Source: Eledone cirrhosa (lineage: Eukaryota). Taken from it: 64,000 nt of DNA. The notes beneath the pieces were generated by a model that saw nothing but the letters and a program-made list of their open reading frames with translations, ran no database searches and was not told where the DNA came from. Positions 24,646 through 37,319 of the stretch are shown in pieces. The DNA is taken from the NCBI GenBank assembly GCA_964016885.1, contig OZ024743.1:14880001-14944000 (forward strand), read 5' to 3'. Numbering within the stretch: the stretch's first letter is position 1; every line of letters begins with the position of its first letter. A program made the translations under genes and the position numbers.

Positions 24646-25465
24646 ATGTGTGTGTTTATGCGAGTATGGATGTTAGAGTGCCACTTGTATACTTGACTGT
24701 GTTTGTATTTACAAAGTGGTAGGGATAAATTTGATGATGAGGTAGACAGCGTGGATGGAGAAACAATAGGAAAATAACGAATGTCATATATCGTATGATT
24801 GGAAAAAAGAAGATATATGATATATTAGATCTACAAATAATACGGAAGCAATGTGTATTTTTAGTTGTTGTTATTATTTGTAATGGCATTTATAGAGTCG
24901 TTATGATTTCGTTATTATGTTTCATGTTGGTTTTGTTGTTTGTTTGGTGTGCTTGGTATTACTTATGAGAGAAGTATGTATGTGTGGGGGTGGGGGTAGT
25001 ATGACGGTGATGGCACTGTTTGCTTCATGTGTATGGAGATGGTAACACATGTGTGTGTTTTTATGTGAACGCGTTTCTATCCGGGAATGCACACAATTTA
25101 GAGAGGATAACTTAAATGACAAGGTTTTATTTTTCCTTTCAGTGGCTATAAATATACATTTATAGGAATATAATTATATTGTACATAAAAGACTTACGCA
25201 GACATATTTATACTGCACAGAGAGTAAATAAAATCAAGGTAAATTATACACTCAGATTTTGATGTAGTACACAAAATACAACCAAAACCAAAATGAACTG
25301 TGTAGTCAGACATCTGTATTGTATAAAGCTAAATAGTAAACACACATATTTATATATTCATTTCGGACAAAACATAAAGTAAAAATAAGTTATCTGGTAC
25401 AATGGACCATTCGTATTTAGCAAACAATAAAATAGCTAAATTGTGAAGCCATTTATTTATATATT

Positions 25466-25515
<50 letters not shown>

Positions 25516-26049
25516 TTGACCGAAAAAGTATTGTCTATAAAATATGAACAAATCTTGCATTGAACTACCAGCCTCACTATATTTAGTATCTACCGTTAGG
25601 TTCTTGAAATTAACCACACAAAGCAAGAACCTGACAAAACCAATTATACATTTTATATGTGTGCTATAGATTCCTGACGCAAGCATTTTACATACCTAGC
25701 CCTCCACTCTGATCCCAGGGATGTAAAATGTGTCATTTAGACAAGAATAATTTCCTATCCTGCCTTTTGCCACGTGAAAAACACATTACTTGTAGTAAAT
25801 TCCTGCGGCTAATGCATCATTTATTTAAACATTTCTAAATACCAAATTGCTGAAAAGAAATATCTCATTCATTGGGTTTGCCAAATCTCAAAATAAAGTC
25901 ATTGAAGTACAAAATACGCATCTAGAGTAAAATTTCGTAACTAGTAACCACTTTAGCTAATTTTGTTTGTTTTATATCCATGCTAAGGAATGCATAAATA
26001 CAACAGGATGATATATGAAAAACAAATAAAATTCTGCTATTTCACGAAT

Positions 26050-26760
26050 ACGAGTAAAATGTCAGATAATCTCAGGTTTTAGCAGTGACTTCAATAGTAA
26101 TAATTAATCATAGATTTTATAAAATCTTTAGTTAATAAATTATAGTGCTGTCGCAAATCGTATATTTGAATAACCAGCAGCGTGAAGTCAGATTTACAAT
26201 TCAATAAAGTTTATCTCCTAATGAACTATACACAAATAATCTAGATCTGTACTGAACCGATGGTCTAGCACTAATGAGTAATAAAATGGCCATGAGCACG
26301 ATCCATTTAACTACAGGCTCATAACCAATAATGTCCTAAAGATAAAAGCTACCATAAACAGCAACCTCAATAGTATCAATGTTACTTTAAATCTAAAGAT
26401 ACATTCACATAACACATACAAAAAACCCCACATAGTAATCAATAATTCAATCACTAAACTTCGATACAGCAGCCTCTACCATAATAGTACCCGAGTTAAA
26501 CGTAGCTTTAAAGATGAGATTATCTAATTCCATAACCAATATCCTCTAACTATAAATAAGGCATATAGAACAAGAAATGCTATGAATCACACGCCGTTTC
26601 TTCCTAAAATTTAAGACATACTTAGGAACACAAATTATTAGCTTTCATATACAAAAAATTCCCCGTAGGCCACAAATATTTTAAGATGTTTAATGGACAT
26701 ATAATAAAATTGGATATTCGTGTACTATATGATATCACGCAAATAAAACTCATAATCTAT
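26050..26760 (+). pseudogene. Heavily decayed Naiad-type PLE RT/thumb remnant
   Basis: Remnant peptides LDLY*TDGLA (cf. GLYRDDGL), NVTLNL...YKKP, TP.F...KTYL, FPVGHKYFKMFNGHIIK.GYSC in the order seen in 31.3-33.2 kb. Confidence 0.55.
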
Positions 26761-27565
26761 AAGTTAAATGAGTCTAGCAGTGACACATAACCAATATGTT
26801 GTTACGACGATAAAATAAATGCTTAACTTACCAGCTTCGATTGAACGGCCTTGCGGGAGGAGGAGGGATGTATGTTGGAGATAAGGGGTGAAATAAATAA
26901 GGAAATAATTAATGAAGAGAGATCATTGGAAATGAGAGGGAGAGCGAGAAGGTGGATATTAAATAACAAAAGAGAAAATTAGATAGAGAAACTCTCAAAG
27001 TATAAGCAAATATAGGTTTATCAATGATCCGTATTGAGATGGATATATAAATGTACTATCAGCAGAAAGTACACACAGATACATAAGACGAACGATGATT
27101 GTATGTGTATCTCATCATGCCCTATGCTTTCAATGCAGTTTTGCCCATTAAGTTGGTAATCCAATACTTATGCAAGTTTGCACAATAGATCAGATAACCG
27201 CTCTCAATTATGGAGAGGAATATGTGAATATGACACAAGAAAAATGGACGGTTTCTTTCAACAAAAGGAGATGAATAGATATGGAATTATGTCTAGAAAG
27301 AAATTAAAATGAACAGTGAATGTATACAAGATGCCTGAAAGAAAGAAAATTTGACAATCCACGAGAAGAAAGAAAACAGGCTAGCCCTTACCATAGCTTC
27401 AGGCTAAAAAGCTGAATGAATAACCTTGTGGTGAAACGAGGACACTGACAGGTGTGAGGTAGCGGTAAACAGGTAAATATTCAAATTATTTCTTACTCTA
27501 CAAAGCAGTGTACTTTTACATGGCATCAAACAGATTTCACATGTCTCATTTCTCATGTTTTTAAT

Positions 27566-27731
<166 letters not shown>

Positions 27732-27856
27732 AATGGAATAGAATGAAACGAAATTTCATTTCTCACTCTTAGTACGGGACTTACTTAAATGTAAGTATGT
27801 ATACATATATGTATACATATATGTATGTACGTATACATACATACATACATACTTAC

Positions 27857-27928
<72 letters not shown>

Positions 27929-27959
27929 ACATATATATACTTACATTTCTATATATATA

Positions 27960-29530
27960 CAGTGCCCCGCAAAAGTTTACAACACATTAGGAAAAATGCG
28001 GTTTTAGGTATTTTTAATAAAGTTAGGGTAATGAAAATTTAACTACCGATAGAACATATAATGAGGCATTTAATGATACAATCATAGTTTTAAAAAAATA
28101 ACAAGGAAATAACTCATGAAGAAAAATCAATATTTTTATAACGCAAAAGTTTACAACACATGTATTTAATCATCTCTTAATATTTCGTAGCGTAACCTTT
28201 GTTGCTAATTACAGCCTGTAGGGCGTTTGGAGTAGCCTCCTACAAACTTTTTGCATGTTTCTTGGCTAATATTTATCCATTCTTCACCCCAAATTTTCTT
28301 TAGTTCAGGGATATTTTGGGGTTTCCTTTTTTGAATTCTGCCCACAAATTTTCGATCGGGTTAAGATCTGGAGACTGACATGGTCATTTTAGAACATTTA
28401 TCCCATTCGTACTTAACCAAGATTGTGTTAGCTTTGCAGTATGCTTTGGATTGTTATCTTGTTGAAAAAACCAACCTGGCTTTAAGCTGAGAGAATGTGC
28501 ACTTTGATGTAAATTCCTTTGGAAAATACCTCTATAATAAGTGTCACCCATTCTTCCTTCTATTATTTCAATATTTCCTACTCCTGTGGCACTAAAACAA
28601 CCCCAGACCATGATTGATCCACCTCCAAATTTTACAGTTGGAATAGTATTCTTCAGCGAATATTCAGTACCTTTCTTTCTCCAGACTTTTGCCACAGCAT
28701 TTCGACCAAAATGTTCAATTTTTGTTTCGTCCGACCAAAATACATCTTCCCAAAATGACGCAGGTTTGATGAGATGCTCATTTGCAAAGTTTAATCGACG
28801 AAGAACGTGTTTCCTCGTAAGAAGTGGTGTTTTCCTTGGAGACATCGAGAATATATTATATCGACGAAGTGAACGACAAATTGTATCTGTGCTCACTTTT
28901 ACTCCACTTTCTTCTAGGTCATGCTGAAGATGTTTAAGAGTACACCGGGGTTCGTTGCCAACCTTTCTCGTCCATAACCGAGCTGCACGTTCCGTTATCT
29001 TTCTAGGACAACCAGAACTAATTAGAGGACAGATGGAATGATGAGATTTCCAGTGACGAATTATTGTACCAACTGAACTCAAAGGCACATTTAACTGACA
29101 AGATATCTTTCTATAACCAACACCATTTGTATGAAGGTCTACAATGCGTTTACAGAGGTCTTGATCAATCAGTATATTTTTCCCCATATTGTCCATGTTT
29201 ACAGGATGGTTGTCAGACAAATAATGATGTAATGTTTTTAATAGTCCTTAGACCTAATCTAGAACATTCTACTGAATTTTAAATCTGAAAATTTAAGAAT
29301 TTTCTGGAAAAAAAGCGATAAATATAAAATGTGTTGTAAACTTTTGCGTTATAAAAATATTGATTTTTCTTCATGTGTTATTTCCTTGTTATTTTTTTTT
29401 AAATATGATTGTATCAATAAATACCTCATTATATGTTCTATCAGTAGTTAAATTTTCATGACCCTAACTTTATTAAATATACCTAAAACTGCATCTTTCC
29501 TAATGTGTTGTAAACTTTTGCGGGGCACTG
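27960..29530 (-). mobile_element. Tc1-family DNA transposon, IR/DR type, ~200-bp TIRs, in a TA context
   Basis: Ends CAGTGCCCCGCAAAAGTTTACAACACA...TGTGTTGTAAACTTTTGCGGGGCACTG; internal DR cgcaaaagtttacaacaca repeated at ~28142 and ~29330. Confidence 0.95.
28177..29220 (-). pseudogene. Tc1 DD34E transposase with TGG>TGA stop at 28384 and a downstream indel
   Basis: paired-like HTH, GCPRK, WSDETK, VWGCF, QQDNNPKH, then *PCQSPDLNPIENLW and KGYATKY*. Confidence 0.92.
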
Positions 29531-29830
29531 TATATATATATATGTATACATACATACTTACATTTATATATTAGTCCAGAATTAGCCGTCGAAACGGCTT
29601 GAGCTCAGCCGTCGGATTCCTATCCGTTCCTATATATATATGCATATATATTAAGTATAATATTTATAGTTATGTATATGTTAAACTATAAAGAGGGAAG
29701 GTCAGTAATTTATTACTACCTTATTATTACCAGTATCATAAATAGCTCAATGTAAGAACATAACATCAGTTGTTCTACAGAGCAGATATATATAATTCAC
29801 AAGAATCAAAGCTATGTTCAAAACATTTAT

Positions 29831-29879
29831 TCACTTACAATTGTTTCTTCCAAATCCGGGCTTGGAATCTTCGGAGCAG
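29831..29879 (-). ncRNA. Minimal type I hammerhead ribozyme motif in PLE pLTR (U4>C variant)
   Basis: CCGAAGA-TTCCAA..TTGGAA-GAAA-CAATTG-TA|AGTGA. Confidence 0.6.
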
Positions 29880-31299
29880 TTTTTAATGTGTGTACATATA
29901 ATTGACTTCCCAGTCAACGCAAGAGACATACATATACATAAATATATATTGATGTACACTGTGGAGCGACATATATTATACTATACTTTATTTGTATAGT
30001 AATTCAAATTAATATCAAAGTTAAAATACATGCGACAGATAACACAGATAATGCAGGAGAATAGTTCAATAATCAGATCTAGTAGATAGTGTATGCGTTA
30101 GTCATACATGGAGCATGCAAATGTGTCTCATTTATATAAGAATATTGTGTGGCAAGGTATTGCATGTAATACAAGCACCTTAAGCGGGTAAGCAAGAGTA
30201 TTATGGTGGTTGCAGTGGGGGGCGGGGTATTTTTGTATAGATCAAATTAGTATGTGTGCAGAAGAAGAAAGTTATAGTTTTCACATCCACCACCATTTTC
30301 ACATCCAGAAAAAGGAAGTTATAGTTTTCACATTCATCACATATGTTAGGATGTATTCGTATTTAATGTTTGTTGCAGTAAAGGATTGTAACGTATTGAA
30401 GTTCAGTGTTATTTAATCCATATTTATAGAATAGGTTCTTTCGGCTGTGAGAATTTATAGCGGTTTAATATCCGGAAGTAGGTACGTAATTAAGGGGAGC
30501 TAATGCGTAAGGGGAGGTAACTATCTGATTCTCATAACTAAATTCATTGTTCTAACATACATTATATGGTGCCTCAATTGAGTCCCTTATATGAAAGGTT
30601 ATATATTTATATTTAATTTTAAATACAGTCTACTCTCTCATAATGTATTAAAGGTATCTATAGGAAGTTGTTTACTCCTTATTATATAGTGCTATAATTG
30701 AATTCCCACCCAAAGTGCTATATCTTTATATCAAATTCACTCTAAATACAGTCTACTCTCAAAACATATTAAAGGTCCAATTAGATTTTTGTTTACATAA
30801 CCTTAGGTAAGCTATGGAACAGCGTACTGCTGTTTGCATGATAACATTAGATACATCTCTTGAGTAAACAAATTCATCCCCCATATACAATGTCATTAAT
30901 CTATCCATGTAGTTATAAATGCATATATAATTCATATCTAATTCATTGTTCCATATTACATATAAGTTAGTCAAATCACTTATGTTAATAGATTAATCCT
31001 ATATATACCTATGTTGTTACTCTATACATTTAATTACAAGTGCTATATATAATTCATTGTTGTATCTAATATTTAAAGTTTATATAAACTATATTATATT
31101 TCAATCCCTATATAATTGTAAGTAATCAAAAGTAATTATATTAAAGGGTGGTGGTTATAGGGATATTTCTAGGTTCTAAATTTATAGATAGAATGATTTG
31201 TGTAGAGGAAAGGGTGGATTAGAGAGTTAGTGTAGTGGTGGAAGGCAAGCCCTTGAGGTGCTGTGCTAAAAGTGGTGATGAGTTCAAATCTGACATTGT

Positions 31300-33168
31300 T
31301 ATATACTGGGTTTAAATTTTGTCGGAAAGCGGTGTTGGCACGACGCAAACACTTCCGATTTTTTTTATTAAGGAGGTTAAGATTCGAAAAGATTATAGTA
31401 TGGGTCTCTAGTAGACATAGGTTACAGAATTTATTAGGTGGTTTATACGATGCAGCCCTTCCTACCCTTCCCATTGAAGAGTATATGATCTATTCCTAGT
31501 TTTCAGATAGTGTATGTAGCTAGATAGTGAAGTGGAGTTGACTAGAATGTGTTTTTTGAAATAATGGAGATGTGAGCTGTATCTCGTTTTGAAGCAGTTC
31601 GATGTAGAGCCTATATATGTTCCAGAAGAGTTGCTAGTGCTGACCGTGCATGAGTAAATGATGTCCTTGATTAAGCAGTTTTTACCCAAAGGGCAGGTTC
31701 TATTAGATCTACAGTTACATTTATTTTGGATGTTATCCTGTCGGTTATTATGTTGTGTAGAAGTCTGGTTGCTAGGTATTGCATTAAGGCTATGAGGGTA
31801 GACGTTCCTAATGCTATTGATTTCATTAGTGTTATTACTATTATTACTATTGATATCAGGGTTTGAAGTTATTATGTTGTTTTGAAAGTTTACCACCTGC
31901 TGTGTTTTAGTTTGTTGAAAGTAAGTATTAATCTTTCTTTTATTGCTACTAGCAATGCGGTATGCTATGTGTGGTAGAGTAGGAGATTTTAATGGTGTTT
32001 TTATTTATAAGGCTATGTTACTTGTGGCCAGATGGGAAGTTTTTTATCCAGGATTCAGAAGAAAGCCTTAGGTAGGTTGGTAGAGACGTTTAGTTTGAAA
32101 GGGGGGTTGAAAAATGTATTAGTTCTTCTTCTATTTTTGTTTTTTATATCTATTGAGGTGTTTCCGTTTACAGTATTTTGGTGTCTTCTCTGGTGCGAGT
32201 TACGTTTGATGCCACCGTTCGTTTTAGTGTGAGTGTGGTTATTACCCCTATTACTATTTTTCCTCATGGTCATATTGAGAGAAATGATGTTGAAACTATG
32301 TGTTTTTATAGGTAGGAACTCAATCTCATTATTATGGCCTGATTTAGCTAATGTCTGATTATAGTATTGGGAATTATTGCTAAATATGGTTTCGTTATTA
32401 GATAGATTAGAGATTCTATTGGATATTACTTTAGTGATAGAGTTTAATATTGATCTAGGGTGGTTAGACTTGGTATCTACATAAATTAGTTTTTCGTTAG
32501 GTTATGAAATGGTGTATATATTTTAGAGTCTAGGTAAAGGGTAGCATCAATGAAGTTAACGTTTTTAGTATTTTTGTCTATGGTGATACTTAAGTTATAG
32601 TTTGTGAACGTTTTATGTAATATTTTCCTAGTTCTTTCTATATTAAATTTGTTAAAGTCTATAAGATGTAGTACATCATCGCGGTATAAACCACCGTTGA
32701 GGTATGGTAGGTCCTTATGGATTTCATTTAGTAGGTATAGGCCCACCAAATCAGTGACCTGCGCTGTGTCACTAGATTCCATAGTTATGTCAAAGTTGTT
32801 ATGCGTATCCTTGTGGGTCCATAACTGATCTTCAAATGCAATTATGAATGTACGGGCCGGAAGTATGATATCAATCTGGGATTTAGTCAGGTTACTATTG
32901 TTCGTGGCCATAATTTGGGCCTTATTTAATAGGATAGGGGAAATAGAGGTGTAGTATGAATTGATATCAAACTGAATAATTTTTTTTATTTTTGTTCTCT
33001 TTAATATCCTTAAACCATCCCATAACTTCCTCTGTATTTCCCCACTGTTTAAGGTATATTTTGTGTTTAATTTGTGGGATGATTTTATCTAAAATGTTCT
33101 TACTGATAATGCCAATGTCAGATTTGGAAGAGGGCATTAGTCTTATCGAAGGGTTACTAATGGAATCT
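31300..33168 (-). pseudogene. PLE RT + GIY-YIG endonuclease, frameshifted
   Basis: KSDIGIISK.ILD, QFDI..YYTSI, FDITM, GGLYRDD, FFNPPF; linker CNCR-x4-CPL-x3-C; IIY...YIG, R, H; CNLC. Confidence 0.88.
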
Positions 33169-33984
33169 TCAATTATAGCACTATATAATAAGGAGTAAAC
33201 AACTTCCTATAGATACATTTAATACATTATGAGAGAGTAGACTGTATTTAAAATTAAATATAAATATATAACCTTTCATATAAGGGACTCAATTGAGGCA
33301 CCATGTGATGTATGTTAGAACAATGAATTTAGTTATGAGCATCAGATAGTTACTTCCCCTTCCGCATTAGCTCCCCTTAATTACATACCTACTTCCGGAT
33401 AATAACCCGCTATAAATTCTCACAGCCGAAAGAACCTATTCTATAAATATGGATTAACTAACACTGAGCTTCAATACGTTACACTCCTTTACTGCAACAA
33501 ACATTCAATACGAATACATCGTATCATATGTGATGAATGTGAAAATTATAACTTCCTTTTTCTGGATGTGAAAATGGTGGTGGATGTGAAAACTATAACT
33601 TTCTTCTTCTGCACACATACTAATTTGATCTATGCAAAAAATACCCCCCCCCCCCAATGCAACCACCATAATACTCTTGCTTACCCGCTTAAGGTGCTTG
33701 TATTACATGCAATACCTTGCCACACAATAATGAGACACATTTGCATGCTCCATGTATGACTAACGCATACACTATCTACTAGATCTGATTATTGACTTAT
33801 TCTTTTGCATTATCTGTGTTATCTGTCGCATGTATTTTATCTTTGATATTAATTTGAATTACTATACAAATATAGTATAGTATAATATATGTCGCTCCAC
33901 ACTTTACATCAATATATATATATATATGTATCTGTATGTCTCTTGCTTGACTGGGAAGTCAAGTATATGTACGAACATTAAAAA

Positions 33985-34033
33985 TTGCTCCGAAGACTCC
34001 AACCCCAGGTTTGGAAGAAACAGTTGTAAGTGA
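33985..34033 (+). ncRNA. Inverted copy of the pLTR hammerhead motif
   Basis: ttgct-CCGAAGA-cTCCAA..TTGGAa-GAAA-CAGTTG-TA|agtga. Confidence 0.55.
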
Positions 34034-34062
34034 ATAAATGTTTTGAACATAGCTTTGATTCT

Positions 34063-34132
<70 letters not shown>

Positions 34133-34203
34133 TAATAAAAGGAATCCCAACTTTGTCTGATTCACTCGTTTTATTTACAATCCTTTAAAATTTATAATGG
34201 TAT

Positions 34204-34444
34204 TAGAATGAAATAGTATGGTAGAAAAATTAAATGTTAAATGTTAACTGAACAAGTACTTCCATGCTTTCGCAATCTTCAGCTTCATATTGAATGGTGA
34301 CAGTCAAGTTTTCAATTTTCAACTGTGAAAATTGCAAACTTGACTGTCACCACACAAAATGAACCTGACGATTGCGAAAGCATGAAAGTACTTGTTCAAT
34401 TAACACTTAACATTTAATATTCTACCATACTATCTAATCATCTA
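34204..34444. repeat. Fold-back palindrome, ~118-bp arms, 4-nt loop, hammerhead motif on each arm
   Basis: 34204-34321 is the imperfect reverse complement of 34326-34444. Confidence 0.9.
34360..34398 (+). ncRNA. Minimal type I hammerhead ribozyme motif
   Basis: tgaac-CTGACGA-tTGCgaaaGCAt-GAAA-GTAC-TT|gttca: 5-bp stem I, GAAA-tetraloop stem II, palindromic stem III loop. Confidence 0.7.
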
Positions 34445-34472
34445 TGCACAATCATACACACCCGTGTATATT

Positions 34473-34558
<86 letters not shown>

Positions 34559-34563
34559 ATATA

Positions 34564-34599
<36 letters not shown>

Positions 34600-34602
<3 letters not shown>

Positions 34603-34925
34603 ATGTTGAATAAATGGAAACTATAGTTATAAAACCATATTTATTTTATTATATATATTTCAAGGGAACCAAGTGACATTGGTACGCTTTCATCATATAA
34701 AATAGAAAGTTTGTTTTATAAATAGAGACATACCCATTTTAATCAAACCTATCGTTTGGATATTCACTGGATAGTTGTGTGTAGTCATGGGTATATCTCT
34801 ATTTATAAAACAAACTTTGTATTTTATCTGATGAAAGCGTACAAATGTTATCTTGGTACCCTTGAAATATATATAATTAAATAAATATGGTTTTATAAAT
34901 ATCGTTTCCATTTATTTAATATCAT
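34600..34925. repeat. Inverted repeat, ~138-bp arms, 49-bp spacer, hammerhead motif on each arm
   Basis: 34600-34737 vs 34787-34925. Confidence 0.9.
34821..34882 (+). ncRNA. Minimal type I hammerhead ribozyme motif
   Basis: attttat-CTGATGA-AAGcGTAC..GTACcCTT-GAAA-TATATA-TA|attaaat; the other arm restores stem I (ataaaat) but has C3>A. Confidence 0.7.
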
Positions 34926-35017
34926 GGAATATGTACTCCAGTAAACTGTTGAGTGCTCTAAATCAGTTATAAACATTTATATTTGTGGGACTTCCAACAA
35001 ATTAAATACCCCTTCTA

Positions 35018-35097
<80 letters not shown>

Positions 35098-35100
<3 letters not shown>

Positions 35101-35692
35101 TTGGTGCTACTGGTAACATGTATCCCAGTACAACCTGTCTCATGGTCGGGTCGTTGGCGACTAAACTTCAACCCCACCAAGGTTTCTTGGTAAGGAGGGT
35201 GACACTGGACATCCTGCAGGACTAAAAACAAAACCTGTCAAAGGGTAAAGGACCTCTTAAGAGTCAATGGCCATCCAAAATCACCGAGAGAGATGACCCC
35301 TTAGCCTTTGTCAAGGCAGAATTCTAGGAGAAGGACAACTCTGATTCAACACCTGCAACCCTGATGGTATCCAATGATGTTGACTTATTCTTCTTTTTGG
35401 TAAATATTATCTTAGTTAAGATAGTGGGACTGGCTTTGTGCAGTGCCTTTGCTCACTATAAAAGCTTCACGGCACAGGCATCGCTTTATATCTGGAGATC
35501 ACTCTGCACTTGTCGTCACATGGTACCATGGGCCCAGCACTATGTGTCAATAATTGTCACAAGTGTAGTGTTTGTACCAGAGTTTTCAAGTCGCTGGCTG
35601 GACTAAAAAGACACTCTCGTTCAGCGCATCGGTAGGGGCTCTCCTACATTGATATGAAGTAGTGGCCGTACTCGACAACGAGTTGGTAGCCA

Positions 35693-35695
<3 letters not shown>
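35098..35695 (+). mobile_element. Possible 5' UTR fragment of an RTE-clade LINE
   Basis: ctaggagaaggacaactctgattcaac resembles RTE 5' UTR motifs as I recall them; more GC-rich block between (TA)n runs. Confidence 0.35.
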
Positions 35696-35763
<68 letters not shown>

Positions 35764-36345
35764 TTATGCACACCTTCGTCGCTGACGCCTCCCAGAACCA
35801 TCAGATATGCAGGAGGAAACGCTTTGTGCTTGACTGTGGTTTTCTTTCGCATTTCTACCTATACAACTGTCACTCCATCATTGGACGCTTAGGTTTTACA
35901 CATTACCATCTAAAAAGCATTCCAAGCTCTAACATGCTTTACCTTGCACAAATGGCACATTGCGTGGATCAACGGTTCCATTTTGTGTTAGCAGACACAG
36001 TTTCGTCCCTCCGCATCTCACATAACTTTTATCGACGGTCTTCAGACTCAACTCCTCCAAAAGTGTGCCTCCAAAATCTTTCACAACTAATCTTTTTACT
36101 TTTCAATAAGTGTAATTTTATTTCATTTTCTTTTATTTTTTGGGGGGATTAAATTGAATTCCACGAGTTTAAACGGAAGCACAATTTTTATATGATACAT
36201 TTTAGATCTGTATTTCATGTTCTTTTTATTTGCATGTATATCAAATAATATAGGACTGACTATGTTGTACTTCATTATGCAAACTGAATAAAATATCAAG
36301 ATTAGAATGTATACGATGTACTAGCTACCTTCATCACATCAACAA

Positions 36346-36379
<34 letters not shown>

Positions 36380-36571
36380 GTATATATATATATATGTATG
36401 TGTGTGTGTTGTATATATATATACATATATATAATTATTAGTTTGGGAATGTTTTACTCTCAAACGTGTCATACTGAAAACATGTCAATTGTTTATGCTT
36501 AATTTGGATCAGTAGCATTCGTAAATCTACGTGTGTATTAACGTTTTGAATCCTTCATGCTACATTTCCAG

Positions 36572-36606
36572 AATCCGAATGAGCATACAATTGGCGAATT
36601 GATCAG
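36572..36606 (+). CDS. Candidate small host exon (NPNEHTIGELI)
   Basis: tttccag| acceptor, ag|gtaatt donor, one open frame. Confidence 0.35.
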
Positions 36607-36808
36607 GTAATTAGCAATTTTCGTAACATATCATGGGAGTCGTAGGAAATGTTGAACGCCCGACATGAATGTTCTAAATAGTTGATGCATGGCAGTTATA
36701 CTGATTGGTTTGACGTATGCTGTAATTCGGTGTGTGATAAATGTTTGGTTTAGATTGTGATATTAGTAGATTTCTATCTACATACATAGTTACATCCACA
36801 CATAAACG

Positions 36809-36846
<38 letters not shown>

Positions 36847-37282
36847 TGTATACGTGTGTGTAGGGTGTATAAATTTAATTTTCGCTATCCCCAACACAAT
36901 AAACCATTCATTGACCCGTTTCTATCCTACAGAAAAAGAGCGCCATCCTTCACAAATATATTATATGTGGTCTTTATAATGAAATATGACAGCCCTGATA
37001 ATCAAACACCTAGATAGTAGCAGAGTTTATTTGATTCATTTATTTGCCGTTATGCATAAATAATGTCTATTTTCGGATTCGGTTTTTGGTTAAAGTGATT
37101 CAAGGAAATAGATTGATTTATCCTCAGAAGAGTTAATTACATAAATAAACATCGATGAATAGTGTACTATACTCTATCTCATATAGATAGGGGATCACTG
37201 GGTATTTATTTGAATGAAAGACATGATGTATCTTTACGTGTGAATAGAAATAATTAATGTTCATCATTATAATCTCTTGCAG

Positions 37283-37319
37283 GCAGTTGGAACTTTGTGG
37301 ATCTCATAAGAAGTCATGA
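37283..37319 (+). CDS. Candidate terminal host exon (RQLELCGSHKKS*)
   Basis: tctcttgcag| acceptor; joins the phase-2 end of 36572-36606 to read to a TGA. Confidence 0.3.

Larger units (their letters stand above)
29794..34070 (-). mobile_element. 5'-truncated Naiad-type Penelope-like element flanked by ~0.9-kb inverted pLTR copies (29794-30702 and 33169-34070)
   Basis: Arms are reverse complements over their length; RT + GIY-YIG remnants lie between them. Confidence 0.88.

Noticed and set aside
27180-27450. Possible decayed RTE fragment or exon (TALNYGEE...)
   Set aside because: Multiple stops, too degenerate to support
31320-31740. Selenocysteine recoding as in some Naiads
   Set aside because: Conserved Cys positions are TGT/TGC; no in-frame TGA at these sites
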